A stretch of 64,000 bases of DNA from the human T2T-CHM13v2.0 reference genome, Homo sapiens (GCF_009914755.1 NC_060941.1), one strand, 5' to 3'; positions 41,001-56,000 are shown, counted from the stretch's first letter. Numbers and translations: made by a program. Notes: generated by a model from the sequence alone, not told the origin.

Positions 41001-44000
41001 AACTCTCTTTCTGTGGCATCTGCAAGGGGACATGTAGACCTCTTTGAAGATTTCGTTGGAAACGGAATCATCTTCACATAAAAACTACACAGATGCATTC
41101 TCAGGAACTTTTTGGTGATGTTTGTATTCAACTCCCAGAGTTGAACTTTCCTTTGGAAAGAGCAGCTATGAAACACTGTTTTTCTAGAATCTGCAAGTGG
41201 ACGTTTGGAGGGCTTTGTGGTTTGTGGTGGAAAAGGAAATATCTTCACCTAAATACTAGATAGAAGCATTCTCAGAAACTGCTTTGTGATGATTGCATTC
41301 ACCTCACAGAGTTGAACATTCCTATTGATAGAGCAGTTTGGAAACACTCTTGTTGTGGAATGTGCAAGTGGAGATTTGGAGCGCTTTGAGGCCTATGGTA
41401 GTAAAGGGAATAGCTTCATAGAAAAACTAGACAGAAGCATTCTCAGAAAATACTTTGTGATGATTGAGTTTAACTCACAGAGCTGAACATTCCTTTGGAT
41501 GGAGCAGGTTTGAGACACACTTTTTGTAGAATCTACAAGTGGATATTTGGACCTCTCTGAGGATTTCGTTGGAAACGGGATAACTGCACCTAACTAAACG
41601 GAAGCATTCTCAGAAACTTCTTGGTGATGTTTGCATTCAAATCCCAGAGTTGAACCTTCCTTTGATAGTTCAGGTTTGAAACACTCTTTTTGTAGGATCT
41701 GCAAGTGGATATTTGGACCACTCTGTGGCCTTCGTTCGAAACGGGTATATCTTCGCATAAAATCTAGACAGAAGCCTTCTCAGAAACTTCTCTGTGATGA
41801 TTGCATTCAACTCACAGAGTTGAACCCTCCTATGGATAGAGCAGTGTTGAAACTCTCTTTTTGTGGAATCTGCAAGTGGATACGTGGACCTCTCCGAAGA
41901 TGTCTTTGGAAACGGGAATATCTTCACATAAAAACTAAACAGAAGCATTCTCAGAAACTTCTCTGTGATGTTTGTGTTCAACTCCCAGAGTTTCACATTG
42001 CTTTTCATAGAGTAGTTCTGAAACATGCTTTTCGTAGTGTCTACAAGTGGACATTTGGAGCGCTTTCAGGCCTGTGGTGGAAAACGAATTATGGTCACAT
42101 AAAAACTGGAGAGAAGCATTGTCAGAAACTTCTTTGTGATGATTGCATTCAACTCACAGAGTTGAAGGTTCCTTTTCAAAGAGCAGTTTCCAATCACTCT
42201 TTCTGTGGAATCTGCAAGTGGATATTTGGACCTATTTTGAAGATTTCGTTGGAAACGGGAGAATCTTCACAGGAAAGCTAAACAGAAGCATTCTCAGAAA
42301 CTTCTTTGTGATGCTTGCATTCAACTCACAGAGTTGAACTTTCCTTTCGAGAGAGAAGCTTTGAAACACTCTTTTTCCAGAATCTGCAAGTGGACATTTG
42401 GAGGGCTTTGAGGCCTGTGGTGGAAAAGGAATTATCTTCCCGTAAAAGCTAGATAGAAGCATTCTCAGAAACTACTTTGTGATGATTGCATTCAAGTCAC
42501 AGAGTTGAACATTCCCTTTGACAGAGCAGTTTGGAAACTCTCTTTGTGTAGAATCTGCAAGTGGAGATATGGACCGCTTTGAGGCCTATGGTAGTAAAGG
42601 AAATAGCTTCATATAAAAGCTAGACAGTAGCATTCACAGAAAACTCTTGGTGACGACTGAGTTTAACTCACAGAGCTGAACATTCCTTTGGATGGAGCAG
42701 TTTCGAAACACACTATTTGTAGAATGTGCAAGTGGATATTTAGGCCTCTCTGAGGATTTCGTTGGAAACGGGATAAACCGCACAGAACTAAACAGAAGCA
42801 TTCTCAGAACCTTCTTCGTGATGTTTGCATTCAACTCACAGTGTTGAACCTTTCTTTGATAGTTCAGGTTTGAAACGGTCTTTCTGTAGAAACTGCAAGT
42901 AGATATTTGGACCTCTCTGAGGATTTCGTTGGAAACGGGATAACCCGCACAGAACTAAAACAGAAGCATTCTCAGAACCCTCTTCGTGATGTTTGCATTC
43001 AACTCACAGTGCTGAACCTTTCTTTGATAGTTCAGCTTTGAAACACTCTTTTTGTAGAAACTGCAAGTGGATATTTGGTCCTCTCTGAGGATTTCGTTGG
43101 AAACGGGATAAACTGCACAGAACTAAACAGAAGCATTCTCAGAACCTTCTTCGTGATGTCTGCATTCAACTCACAGTGTGGAACCTTTCTTTGATAGTTC
43201 AGGTTTGAAACACTCTTTTTGTAGAAACTGCAAGGGGATAATTGCACTCTTTGAGGAGTACCGTAGTAAAGGAAATAACTTCCTATAAAAAGAAGACAGA
43301 AGCTTTCTCAGAAAATTCTTTGGGATGATTGAGTTGAACTCACAGAGCTGAGCATTCCTTGCGATGTAGCAGTTTAGAAACACACTTTCTGCAGAATCTG
43401 CAAGTGCATATTTGGACCTCTGTGAGGAATTCGTTGGAAACGGGATAATTTCAGCTGACTAAACAGAAGCAGTCTCAGAATCTTCTTTGTGATGTTTGCA
43501 TTCAAATCCCCGAGTTGAACTTTCCTTTCAAAGTTCACGTTTGAAACACTCTTTTTGCAGGATCTACAAGTGGATATTTGGACCACTCTGTGTCCTTCGA
43601 TCGAAACGGGTATATCTTCACATGACATCTAGACAGAAGCATCCTCAGAAGCTTCTCTGTGATGACTGCATTCAACTCACGGAGTTGAACACTCCTTTTG
43701 AGAGCGCAGTTTTGAAACTCTCTTTCTGTGGCATCTGCAAGGGGACATGTAGACCTCTTTGAAGATTTCGTTGGAAACGGAATCATCTTCACATAAAAAC
43801 TACACAGATGCATTCTCAGGAACTTTTTGGTGATGTTTGTATTCAACTCCCAGAGTTGAACTTTCCTTTGGAAAGAGCAGCTATGAAACACTGTTTTTCT
43901 AGAATCTGCAAGTGGACGTTTGGAGGGCTTTGTGGTTTGTGGTGGAAAAGGAAATATCTTCACCTAAATACTAGATAGAAGCATTCTCAGAAACTGCTTT

Positions 44001-47000
44001 GTGATGATTGCATTCACCTCACAGAGTTGAACATTCCTATTGATAGAGCAGTTTGGAAACACTCTTGTTGTGGAATGTGCAAGTGGAGATTTGGAGCGCT
44101 TTGAGGCCTATGGTAGTAAAGGGAATAGCTTCATAGAAAAACTAGACAGAAGCATTCTCAGAAAATACTTTGTGATGATTGAGTTTAACTCACAGAGCTG
44201 AACATTCCTTTGGATGGAGCAGGTTTGAGACACACTTTTTGTAGAATCTACAAGTGGATATTTGGACCTCTCTGAGGATTTCGTTGGAAACGGGATAACT
44301 GCACCTAACTAAACGGAAGCATTCTCAGAAACTTCTTGGTGATGTTTGCATTCAAATCCCAGAGTTGAACCTTCCTTTGATAGTTCAGGTTTGAAACACT
44401 CTTTTTGTAGGATCTGCAAGTGGATATTTGGACCACTCTGTGGCCTTCGTTCGAAACGGGTATATCTTCGCATAAAATCTAGACAGAAGCCTTCTCAGAA
44501 ACTTCTCTGTGATGATTGCATTCAACTCACAGAGTTGAACCCTCCTATGGATAGAGCAGTGTTGAAACTCTCTTTTTGTGGAATCTGCAAGTGGATACGT
44601 GGACCTCTCCGAAGATGTCTTTGGAAACGGGAATATCTTCACATAAAAACTAAACAGAAGCATTCTCAGAAACTTCTCTGTGATGTTTGTGTTCAACTCC
44701 CAGAGTTTCACATTGCTTTTCATAGAGTAGTTCTGAAACATGCTTTTCGTAGTGTCTACAAGTGGACATTTGGAGCGCTTTCAGGCCTGTGGTGGAAAAC
44801 GAATTATGGTCACATAAAAACTGGAGAGAAGCATTGTCAGAAACTTCTTTGTGATGATTGCATTCAACTCACAGAGTTGAAGGTTCCTTTTCAAAGAGCA
44901 GTTTCCAATCACTCTTTCTGTGGAATCTGCAAGTGGATATTTGGACCTATTTTGAAGATTTCGTTGGAAACGGGAGAATCTTCACAGGAAAGCTAAACAG
45001 AAGCATTCTCAGAAACTTCTTTGTGATGCTTGCATTCAACTCACAGAGTTGAACTTTCCTTTCGAGAGAGAAGCTTTGAAACACTCTTTTTCCAGAATCT
45101 GCAAGTGGACATTTGGAGGGCTTTGAGGCCTGTGGTGGAAAAGGAATTATCTTCCCGTAAAAGCTAGATAGAAGCATTCTCAGAAACTACTTTGTGATGA
45201 TTGCATTCAAGTCACAGAGTTGAACATTCCCTTTGACAGAGCAGTTTGGAAACTCTCTTTGTGTAGAATCTGCAAGTGGAGATATGGACCGCTTTGAGGC
45301 CTATGGTAGTAAAGGAAATAGCTTCATATAAAAGCTAGACAGTAGCATTCACAGAAAACTCTTGGTGACGACTGAGTTTAACTCACAGAGCTGAACATTC
45401 CTTTGGATGGAGCAGTTTCGAAACACACTATTTGTAGAATGTGCAAGTGGATATTTAGGCCTCTCTGAGGATTTCGTTGGAAACGGGATAAACCGCACAG
45501 AACTAAACAGAAGCATTCTCAGAACCTTCTTCGTGATGTTTGCATTCAACTCACAGTGTTGAACCTTTCTTTGATAGTTCAGGTTTGAAACGGTCTTTCT
45601 GTAGAAACTGCAAGTAGATATTTGGACCTCTCTGAGGATTTCGTTGGAAACGGGATAACCCGCACAGAACTAAAACAGAAGCATTCTCAGAACCCTCTTC
45701 GTGATGTTTGCATTCAACTCACAGTGCTGAACCTTTCTTTGATAGTTCAGCTTTGAAACACTCTTTTTGTAGAAACTGCAAGTGGATATTTGGTCCTCTC
45801 TGAGGAATTCGTTGGAAACGGGATAAACTGCACAGAACTAAACAGAAGCATTCTCAGAACCTTCTTCGTGATGTCTGCATTCAACTCACAGTGTGGAACC
45901 TTTCTTTGATAGTTCAGGTTTGAAACACTCTTTTTGTAGAAACTGCAAGGGGATAATTGCACTCTTTGAGGAGTACCGTAGTAAAGGAAATAACTTCCTA
46001 TAAAAAGAAGACAGAAGCTTTCTCAGAAAATTCTTTGGGATGATTGAGTTGAACTCACAGAGCTGAGCATTCCTTGCGATGTAGCAGTTTAGAAACACAC
46101 TTTCTGCAGAATCTGCAAGTGCATATTTGGACCTCTGTGAGGAATTCGTTGGAAACGGGATAATTTCAGCTGACTAAACAGAAGCAGTCTCAGAATCTTC
46201 TTTGTGATGTTTGCATTCAAATCCCCGAGTTGAACTTTCCTTTCAAAGTTCACGTTTGAAACACTCTTTTTGCAGGATCTACAAGTGGATATTTGGACCA
46301 CTCTGTGTCCTTCGATCGAAACGGGTATATCTTCACATGACATCTAGACAGAAGCATCCTCAGAAGCTTCTCTGTGATGACTGCATTCAACTCACGGAGT
46401 TGAACACTCCTTTTGAGAGCGCAGTTTTGAAACTCTCTTTCTGTGGCATCTGCAAGGGGACATGTAGACCTCTTTGAAGATTTCGTTGGAAACGGAATCA
46501 TCTTCACATAAAAACTACACAGATGCATTCTCAGGAACTTTTTGGTGATGTTTGTATTCAACTCCCAGAGTTGAACTTTCCTTTGGAAAGAGCAGCTATG
46601 AAACACTGTTTTTCTAGAATCTGCAAGTGGACGTTTGGAGGGCTTTGTGGTTTGTGGTGGAAAAGGAAATATCTTCACCTAAATACTAGATAGAAGCATT
46701 CTCAGAAACTGCTTTGTGATGATTGCATTCACCTCACAGAGTTGAACATTCCTATTGATAGAGCAGTTTGGAAACACTCTTGTTGTGGAATGTGCAAGTG
46801 GAGATTTGGAGCGCTTTGAGGCCTATGGTAGTAAAGGGAATAGCTTCATAGAAAAACTAGACAGAAGCATTCTCAGAAAATACTTTGTGATGATTGAGTT
46901 TAACTCACAGAGCTGACCATTCCTTTGGATGGAGCAGGTTTGAGACACACTTTTTGTAGAATCTACAAGTGGATATTTGGACCTCTCTGAGGATTTCGTT

Positions 47001-50000
47001 GGAAACGGGATAACTGCACCTAACTAAACGGAAGCATTCTCAGAAACTTCTTGGTGATGTTTGCATTCAAATCCCAGAGTTGAACCTTCCTTTGATAGTT
47101 CAGGTTTGAAACACTCTTTTTGTAGGATCTGCAAGTGGATATTTGGACCACTCTGTGGCCTTCGTTCGAAACGGGTATATCTTCGCATAAAATCTAGACA
47201 GAAGCCTTCTCAGAAACTTCTCTGTGATGATTGCATTCAACTCACAGAGTTGAACCCTCCTATGGATAGAGCAGTGTTGAAACTCTCTTTTTGTGGAATC
47301 TGCAAGTGGATACGTGGACCTCTCCGAAGATGTCTTTGGAAACGGGAATATCTTCACATAAAAACTAAACAGAAGCATTCTCAGAAACTTCTCTGTGATG
47401 TTTGTGTTCAACTCCCAGAGTTTCACATTGCTTTTCATAGAGTAGTTCTGAAACATGCTTTTCGTAGTGTCTACAAGTGGACATTTGGAGCGCTTTCAGG
47501 CCTGTGGTGGAAAACGAATTATGGTCACATAAAAACTGGAGAGAAGCATTGTCAGAAACTTCTTTGTGATGATTGCATTCAACTCACAGAGTTGAAGGTT
47601 CCTTTTCAAAGAGCAGTTTCCAATCACTCTTTCTGTGGAATCTGCAAGTGGATATTTGGACCTATTTTGAAGATTTCGTTGGAAACGGGAGAATCTTCAC
47701 AGGAAAGCTAAACAGAAGCATTCTCAGAAACTTCTTTGTGATGCTTGCATTCAACTCACAGAGTTGAACTTTCCTTTCGAGAGAGAAGCTTTGAAACACT
47801 CTTTTTCCAGAATCTGCAAGTGGACATTTGGAGGGCTTTGAGGCCTGTGGTGGAAAAGGAATTATCTTCCCGTAAAAGCTAGATAGAAGCATTCTCAGAA
47901 ACTACTTTGTGATGATTGCATTCAAGTCACAGAGTTGAACATTCCCTTTGACAGAGCAGTTTGGAAACTCTCTTTGTGTAGAATCTGCAAGTGGAGATAT
48001 GGACCGCTTTGAGGCCTATGGTAGTAAAGGAAATAGCTTCATATAAAAGCTAGACAGTAGCATTCACAGAAAACTCTTGGTGACGACTGAGTTTAACTCA
48101 CAGAGCTGAACATTCCTTTGGATGGAGCAGTTTCGAAACACACTATTTGTAGAATGTGCAAGTGGATATTTAGGCCTCTCTGAGGATTTCGTTGGAAACG
48201 GGATAAACCGCACAGAACTAAACAGAAGCATTCTCAGAACCTTCTTCGTGATGTTTGCATTCAACTCACAGTGTTGAACCTTTCTTTGATAGTTCAGGTT
48301 TGAAACGGTCTTTCTGTAGAAACTGCAAGTAGATATTTGGACCTCTCTGAGGATTTCGTTGGAAACGGGATAACCCGCACAGAACTAAAACAGAAGCATT
48401 CTCAGAACCCTCTTCGTGATGTTTGCATTCAACTCACAGTGCTGAACCTTTCTTTGATAGTTCAGCTTTGAAACACTCTTTTTGTAGAAACTGCAAGTGG
48501 ATATTTGGTCCTCTCTGAGGAATTCGTTGGAAACGGGATAAACTGCACAGAACTAAACAGAAGCATTCTCAGAACCTTCTTCGTGATGTCTGCATTCAAC
48601 TCACAGTGTGGAACCTTTCTTTGATAGTTCAGGTTTGAAACACTCTTTTTGTAGAAACTGCAAGGGGATAATTGCACTCTTTGAGGAGTACCGTAGTAAA
48701 GGAAATAACTTCCTATAAAAAGAAGACAGAAGCTTTCTCAGAAAATTCTTTGGGATGATTGAGTTGAACTCACAGAGCTGAGCATTCCTTGCGATGTAGC
48801 AGTTTAGAAACACACTTTCTGCAGAATCTGCAAGTGCATATTTGGACCTCTGTGAGGAATTCGTTGGAAACGGGATAATTTCAGCTGACTAAACAGAAGC
48901 AGTCTCAGAATCTTCTTTGTGATGTTTGCATTCAAATCCCCGAGTTGAACTTTCCTTTCAAAGTTCACGTTTGAAACACTCTTTTTGCAGGATCTACAAG
49001 TGGATATTTGGACCACTCTGTGTCCTTCGATCGAAACGGGTATATCTTCACATGACATCTAGACAGAAGCATCCTCAGAAGCTTCTCTGTGATGACTGCA
49101 TTCAACTCACGGAGTTGAACACTCCTTTTGAGAGCGCAGTTTTGAAACTCTCTTTCTGTGGCATCTGCAAGGGGACATGTAGACCTCTTTGAAGATTTCG
49201 TTGGAAACGGAATCATCTTCACATAAAAACTACACAGATGCATTCTCAGGAACTTTTTGGTGATGTTTGTATTCAACTCCCAGAGTTGAACTTTCCTTTG
49301 GAAAGAGCAGCTATGAAACACTGTTTTTCTAGAATCTGCAAGTGGACGTTTGGAGGGCTTTGTGGTTTGTGGTGGAAAAGGAAATATCTTCACCTAAATA
49401 CTAGATAGAAGCATTCTCAGAAACTGCTTTGTGATGATTGCATTCACCTCACAGAGTTGAACATTCCTATTGATAGAGCAGTTTGGAAACACTCTTGTTG
49501 TGGAATGTGCAAGTGGAGATTTGGAGCGCTTTGAGGCCTATGGTAGTAAAGGGAATAGCTTCATAGAAAAACTAGACAGAAGCATTCTCAGAAAATACTT
49601 TGTGATGATTGAGTTTAACTCACAGAGCTGACCATTCCTTTGGATGGAGCAGGTTTGAGACACACTTTTTGTAGAATCTACAAGTGGATATTTGGACCTC
49701 TCTGAGGATTTCGTTGGAAACGGGATAACTGCACCTAACTAAACGGAAGCATTCTCAGAAACTTCTTGGTGATGTTTGCATTCAAATCCCAGAGTTGAAC
49801 CTTCCTTTGATAGTTCAGGTTTGAAACACTCTTTTTGTAGGATCTGCAAGTGGATATTTGGACCACTCTGTGGCCTTCGTTCGAAACGGGTATATCTTCG
49901 CATAAAATCTAGACAGAAGCCTTCTCAGAAACTTCTCTGTGATGATTGCATTCAACTCACAGAGTTGAACCCTCCTATGGATAGAGCAGTGTTGAAACTC

Positions 50001-53000
50001 TCTTTTTGTGGAATCTGCAAGTGGATACGTGGACCTCTCCGAAGATGTCTTTGGAAACGGGAATATCTTCACATAAAAACTAAACAGAAGCATTCTCAGA
50101 AACTTCTCTGTGATGTTTGTGTTCAACTCCCAGAGTTTCACATTGCTTTTCATAGAGTAGTTCTGAAACATGCTTTTCGTAGTGTCTACAAGTGGACATT
50201 TGGAGCGCTTTCAGGCCTGTGGTGGAAAACGAATTATGGTCACATAAAAACTGGAGAGAAGCATTGTCAGAAACTTCTTTGTGATGATTGCATTCAACTC
50301 ACAGAGTTGAAGGTTCCTTTTCAAAGAGCAGTTTCCAATCACTCTTTCTGTGGAATCTGCAAGTGGATATTTGGACCTATTTTGAAGATTTCGTTGGAAA
50401 CGGGAGAATCTTCACAGGAAAGCTAAACAGAAGCATTCTCAGAAACTTCTTTGTGATGCTTGCATTCAACTCACAGAGTTGAACTTTCCTTTCGAGAGAG
50501 AAGCTTTGAAACACTCTTTTTCCAGAATCTGCAAGTGGACATTTGGAGGGCTTTGAGGCCTGTGGTGGAAAAGGAATTATCTTCCCGTAAAAGCTAGATA
50601 GAAGCATTCTCAGAAACTACTTTGTGATGATTGCATTCAAGTCACAGAGTTGAACATTCCCTTTGACAGAGCAGTTTGGAAACTCTCTTTGTGTAGAATC
50701 TGCAAGTGGAGATATGGACCGCTTTGAGGCCTATGGTAGTAAAGGAAATAGCTTCATATAAAAGCTAGACAGTAGCATTCACAGAAAACTCTTGGTGACG
50801 ACTGAGTTTAACTCACAGAGCTGAACATTCCTTTGGATGGAGCAGTTTCGAAACACACTATTTGTAGAATGTGCAAGTGGATATTTAGGCCTCTCTGAGG
50901 ATTTCGTTGGAAACGGGATAAACCGCACAGAACTAAACAGAAGCATTCTCAGAACCTTCTTCGTGATGTTTGCATTCAACTCACAGTGTTGAACCTTTCT
51001 TTGATAGTTCAGGTTTGAAACGGTCTTTCTGTAGAAACTGCAAGTAGATATTTGGACCTCTCTGAGGATTTCGTTGGAAACGGGATAACCCGCACAGAAC
51101 TAAAACAGAAGCATTCTCAGAACCCTCTTCGTGATGTTTGCATTCAACTCACAGTGCTGAACCTTTCTTTGATAGTTCAGCTTTGAAACACTCTTTTTGT
51201 AGAAACTGCAAGTGGATATTTGGTCCTCTCTGAGCATTTCGTTGGAAACGGGATAAACTGCACAGAACTAAACAGAAGCATTCTCAGAACCTTCTTCGTG
51301 ATGTCTGCATTCAACTCACAGTGTGGAACCTTTCTTTGATAGTTCAGGTTTGAAACACTCTTTTTGTAGAAACTGCAAGGGGATAATTGCACTCTTTGAG
51401 GAGTACCGTAGTAAAGGAAATAACTTCCTATAAAAAGAAGACAGAAGCTTTCTCAGAAAATTCTTTGGGATGATTGAGTTGAACTCACAGAGCTGAGCAT
51501 TCCTTGCGATGTAGCAGTTTAGAAACACACTTTCTGCAGAATCTGCAAGTGCATATTTGGACCTCTGTGAGGAATTCGTTGGAAACGGGATAATTTCAGC
51601 TGACTAAACAGAAGCAGTCTCAGAATCTTCTTTGTGATGTTTGCATTCAAATCCCCGAGTTGAACTTTCCTTTCAAAGTTCACGTTTGAAACACTCTTTT
51701 TGCAGGATCTACAAGTGGATATTTGGACCACTCTGTGTCCTTCGATCGAAACGGGTATATCTTCACATGACATCTAGACAGAAGCATCCTCAGAAGCTTC
51801 TCTGTGATGACTGCATTCAACTCACGGAGTTGAACACTCCTTTTGAGAGCGCAGTTTTGAAACTCTCTTTCTGTGGCATCTGCAAGGGGACATGTAGACC
51901 TCTTTGAAGATTTCGTTGGAAACGGAATCATCTTCACATAAAAACTACACAGATGCATTCTCAGGAACTTTTTGGTGATGTTTGTATTCAACTCCCAGAG
52001 TTGAACTTTCCTTTGGAAAGAGCAGCTGTGAAACACTGTTTTTCTAGAATCTGCAAGTGGACGTTTGGAGGGCTTTGTGGTTTGTGGTGGAAAAGGAAAT
52101 ATCTTCACCTAAATACTAGATAGAAGCATTCTCAGAAACTGCTTTGTGATGATTGCATTCACCTCACAGAGTTGAACATTCCTATTGATAGAGCAGTTTG
52201 GAAACACTCTTGTTGTGGAATGTGCAAGTGGAGATTTGGAGCGCTTTGAGGCCTATGGTAGTAAAGGGAATAGCTTCATAGAAAAACTAGACAGAAGCAT
52301 TCTCAGAAAATACTTTGTGATGATTGAGTTTAACTCACAGAGCTGAACATTCCTTTGGATGGAGCAGGTTTGAGACACACTTTTTGTAGAATCTACAAGT
52401 GGATATTTGGACCTCTCTGAGGATTTCGTTGGAAACGGGATAACTGCACCTAACTAAACGGAAGCATTCTCAGAAACTTCTTGGTGATGTTTGCATTCAA
52501 ATCCCAGAGTTGAACCTTCCTTTGATAGTTCAGGTTTGAAACACTCTTTTTGTAGGATCTGCAAGTGGATATTTGGACCACTCTGTGGCCTTCGTTCGAA
52601 ACGGGTATATCTTCGCATAAAATCTAGACAGAAGCCTTCTCAGAAACTTCTCTGTGATGATTGCATTCAACTCACAGAGTTGAACCCTCCTATGGATAGA
52701 GCAGTGTTGAAACTCTCTTTTTGTGGAATCTGCAAGTGGATACGTGGACCTCTCCGAAGATGTCTTTGGAAACGGGAATATCTTCACATAAAAACTAAAC
52801 AGAAGCATTCTCAGAAACTTCTCTGTGATGTTTGTGTTCAACTCCCAGAGTTTCACATTGCTTTTCATAGAGTAGTTCTGAAACATGCTTTTCGTAGTGT
52901 CTACAAGTGGACATTTGGAGCGCTTTCAGGCCTGTGGTGGAAAACGAATTATGGTCACATAAAAACTGGAGAGAAGCATTGTCAGAAACTTCTTTGTGAT

Positions 53001-56000
53001 GATTGCATTCAACTCACAGAGTTGAAGGTTCCTTTTCAAAGAGCAGTTTCCAATCACTCTTTCTGTGGAATCTGCAAGTGGATATTTGGACCTATTTTGA
53101 AGATTTCGTTGGAAACGGGAGAATCTTCACAGGAAAGCTAAACAGAAGCATTCTCAGAAACTTCTTTGTGATGCTTGCATTCAACTCACAGAGTTGAACT
53201 TTCCTTTCGAGAGAGAAGCTTTGAAACACTCTTTTTCCAGAATCTGCAAGTGGACATTTGGAGGGCTTTGAGGCCTGTGGTGGAAAAGGAATTATCTTCC
53301 CGTAAAAGCTAGATAGAAGCATTCTCAGAAACTACTTTGTGATGATTGCATTCAAGTCACAGAGTTGAACATTCCCTTTGACAGAGCAGTTTGGAAACTC
53401 TCTTTGTGTAGAATCTGCAAGTGGAGATATGGACCGCTTTGAGGCCTATGGTAGTAAAGGAAATAGCTTCATATAAAAGCTAGACAGTAGCATTCACAGA
53501 AAACTCTTGGTGACGACTGAGTTTAACTCACAGAGCTGAACATTCCTTTGGATGGAGCAGTTTCGAAACACACTATTTGTAGAATGTGCAAGTGGATATT
53601 TAGGCCTCTCTGAGGATTTCGTTGGAAACGGGATAAACCGCACAGAACTAAACAGAAGCATTCTCAGAACCTTCTTCGTGATGTTTGCATTCAACTCACA
53701 GTGTTGAACCTTTCTTTGATAGTTCAGGTTTGAAACGGTCTTTCTGTAGAAACTGCAAGTAGATATTTGGACCTCTCTGAGGATTTCGTTGGAAACGGGA
53801 TAACCCGCACAGAACTAAAACAGAAGCATTCTCAGAACCCTCTTCGTGATGTTTGCATTCAACTCACAGTGCTGAACCTTTCTTTGATAGTTCAGCTTTG
53901 AAACACTCTTTTTGTAGAAACTGCAAGTGGATATTTGGTCCTCTCTGAGCATTTCGTTGGAAACGGGATAAACTGCACAGAACTAAACAGAAGCATTCTC
54001 AGAACCTTCTTCGTGATGTCTGCATTCAACTCACAGTGTGGAACCTTTCTTTGATAGTTCAGGTTTGAAACACTCTTTTTGTAGAAACTGCAAGGGGATA
54101 ATTGCACTCTTTGAGGAGTACCGTAGTAAAGGAAATAACTTCCTATAAAAAGAAGACAGAAGCTTTCTCAGAAAATTCTTTGGGATGATTGAGTTGAACT
54201 CACAGAGCTGAGCATTCCTTGCGATGTAGCAGTTTAGAAACACACTTTCTGCAGAATCTGCAAGTGCATATTTGGACCTCTGTGAGGAATTCGTTGGAAA
54301 CGGGATAATTTCAGCTGACTAAACAGAAGCAGTCTCAGAATCTTCTTTGTGATGTTTGCATTCAAATCCCCGAGTTGAACTTTCCTTTCAAAGTTCACGT
54401 TTGAAACACTCTTTTTGCAGGATCTACAAGTGGATATTTGGACCACTCTGTGTCCTTCGATCGAAACGGGTATATCTTCACATGACATCTAGACAGAAGC
54501 ATCCTCAGAAGCTTCTCTGTGATGACTGCATTCAACTCACGGAGTTGAACACTCCTTTTGAGAGCGCAGTTTTGAAACTCTCTTTCTGTGGCATCTGCAA
54601 GGGGACATGTAGACCTCTTTGAAGATTTCGTTGGAAACGGAATCATCTTCACATAAAAACTACACAGATGCATTCTCAGGAACTTTTTGGTGATGTTTGT
54701 ATTCAACTCCCAGAGTTGAACTTTCCTTTGGAAAGAGCAGCTATGAAACACTGTTTTTCTAGAATCTGCAAGTGGACGTTTGGAGGGCTTTGTGGTTTGT
54801 GGTGGAAAAGGAAATATCTTCACCTAAATACTAGATAGAAGCATTCTCAGAAACTGCTTTGTGATGATTGCATTCACCTCACAGAGTTGAACATTCCTAT
54901 TGATAGAGCAGTTTGGAAACACTCTTGTTGTGGAATGTGCAAGTGGAGATTTGGAGCGCTTTGAGGCCTATGGTAGTAAAGGGAATAGCTTCATAGAAAA
55001 ACTAGACAGAAGCATTCTCAGAAAATACTTTGTGATGATTGAGTTTAACTCACAGAGCTGAACATTCCTTTGGATGGAGCAGGTTTGAGACACACTTTTT
55101 GTAGAATCTACAAGTGGATATTTGGACCTCTCTGAGGATTTCGTTGGAAACGGGATAACTGCACCTAACTAAACGGAAGCATTCTCAGAAACTTCTTGGT
55201 GATGTTTGCATTCAAATCCCAGAGTTGAACCTTCCTTTGATAGTTCAGGTTTGAAACACTCTTTTTGTAGGATCTGCAAGTGGATATTTGGACCACTCTG
55301 TGGCCTTCGTTCGAAACGGGTATATCTTCGCATAAAATCTAGACAGAAGCCTTCTCAGAAACTTCTCTGTGATGATTGCATTCAACTCACAGAGTTGAAC
55401 CCTCCTATGGATAGAGCAGTGTTGAAACTCTCTTTTTGTGGAATCTGCAAGTGGATACGTGGACCTCTCCGAAGATGTCTTTGGAAACGGGAATATCTTC
55501 ACATAAAAACTAAACAGAAGCATTCTCAGAAACTTCTCTGTGATGTTTGTGTTCAACTCCCAGAGTTTCACATTGCTTTTCATAGAGTAGTTCTGAAACA
55601 TGCTTTTCGTAGTGTCTACAAGTGGACATTTGGAGCGCTTTCAGGCCTGTGGTGGAAAACGAATTATGGTCACATAAAAACTGGAGAGAAGCATTGTCAG
55701 AAACTTCTTTGTGATGATTGCATTCAACTCACAGAGTTGAAGGTTCCTTTTCAAAGAGCAGTTTCCAATCACTCTTTCTGTGGAATCTGCAAGTGGATAT
55801 TTGGACCTATTTTGAAGATTTCGTTGGAAACGGGAGAATCTTCACAGGAAAGCTAAACAGAAGCATTCTCAGAAACTTCTTTGTGATGCTTGCATTCAAC
55901 TCACAGAGTTGAACTTTCCTTTCGAGAGAGAAGCTTTGAAACACTCTTTTTCCAGAATCTGCAAGTGGACATTTGGAGGGCTTTGAGGCCTGTGGTGGAA

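Noticed and set aside
2716-43439. Exact 11-HOR super-repeat (U2-U3 vs U13-U14)
   Set aside because: Only some alleles are shared. Offsets 364, 668, 1159, 161 and the deletion differ, and the following copies (U5/U6 vs U16/U17) do not match. Reported only as related blocks.
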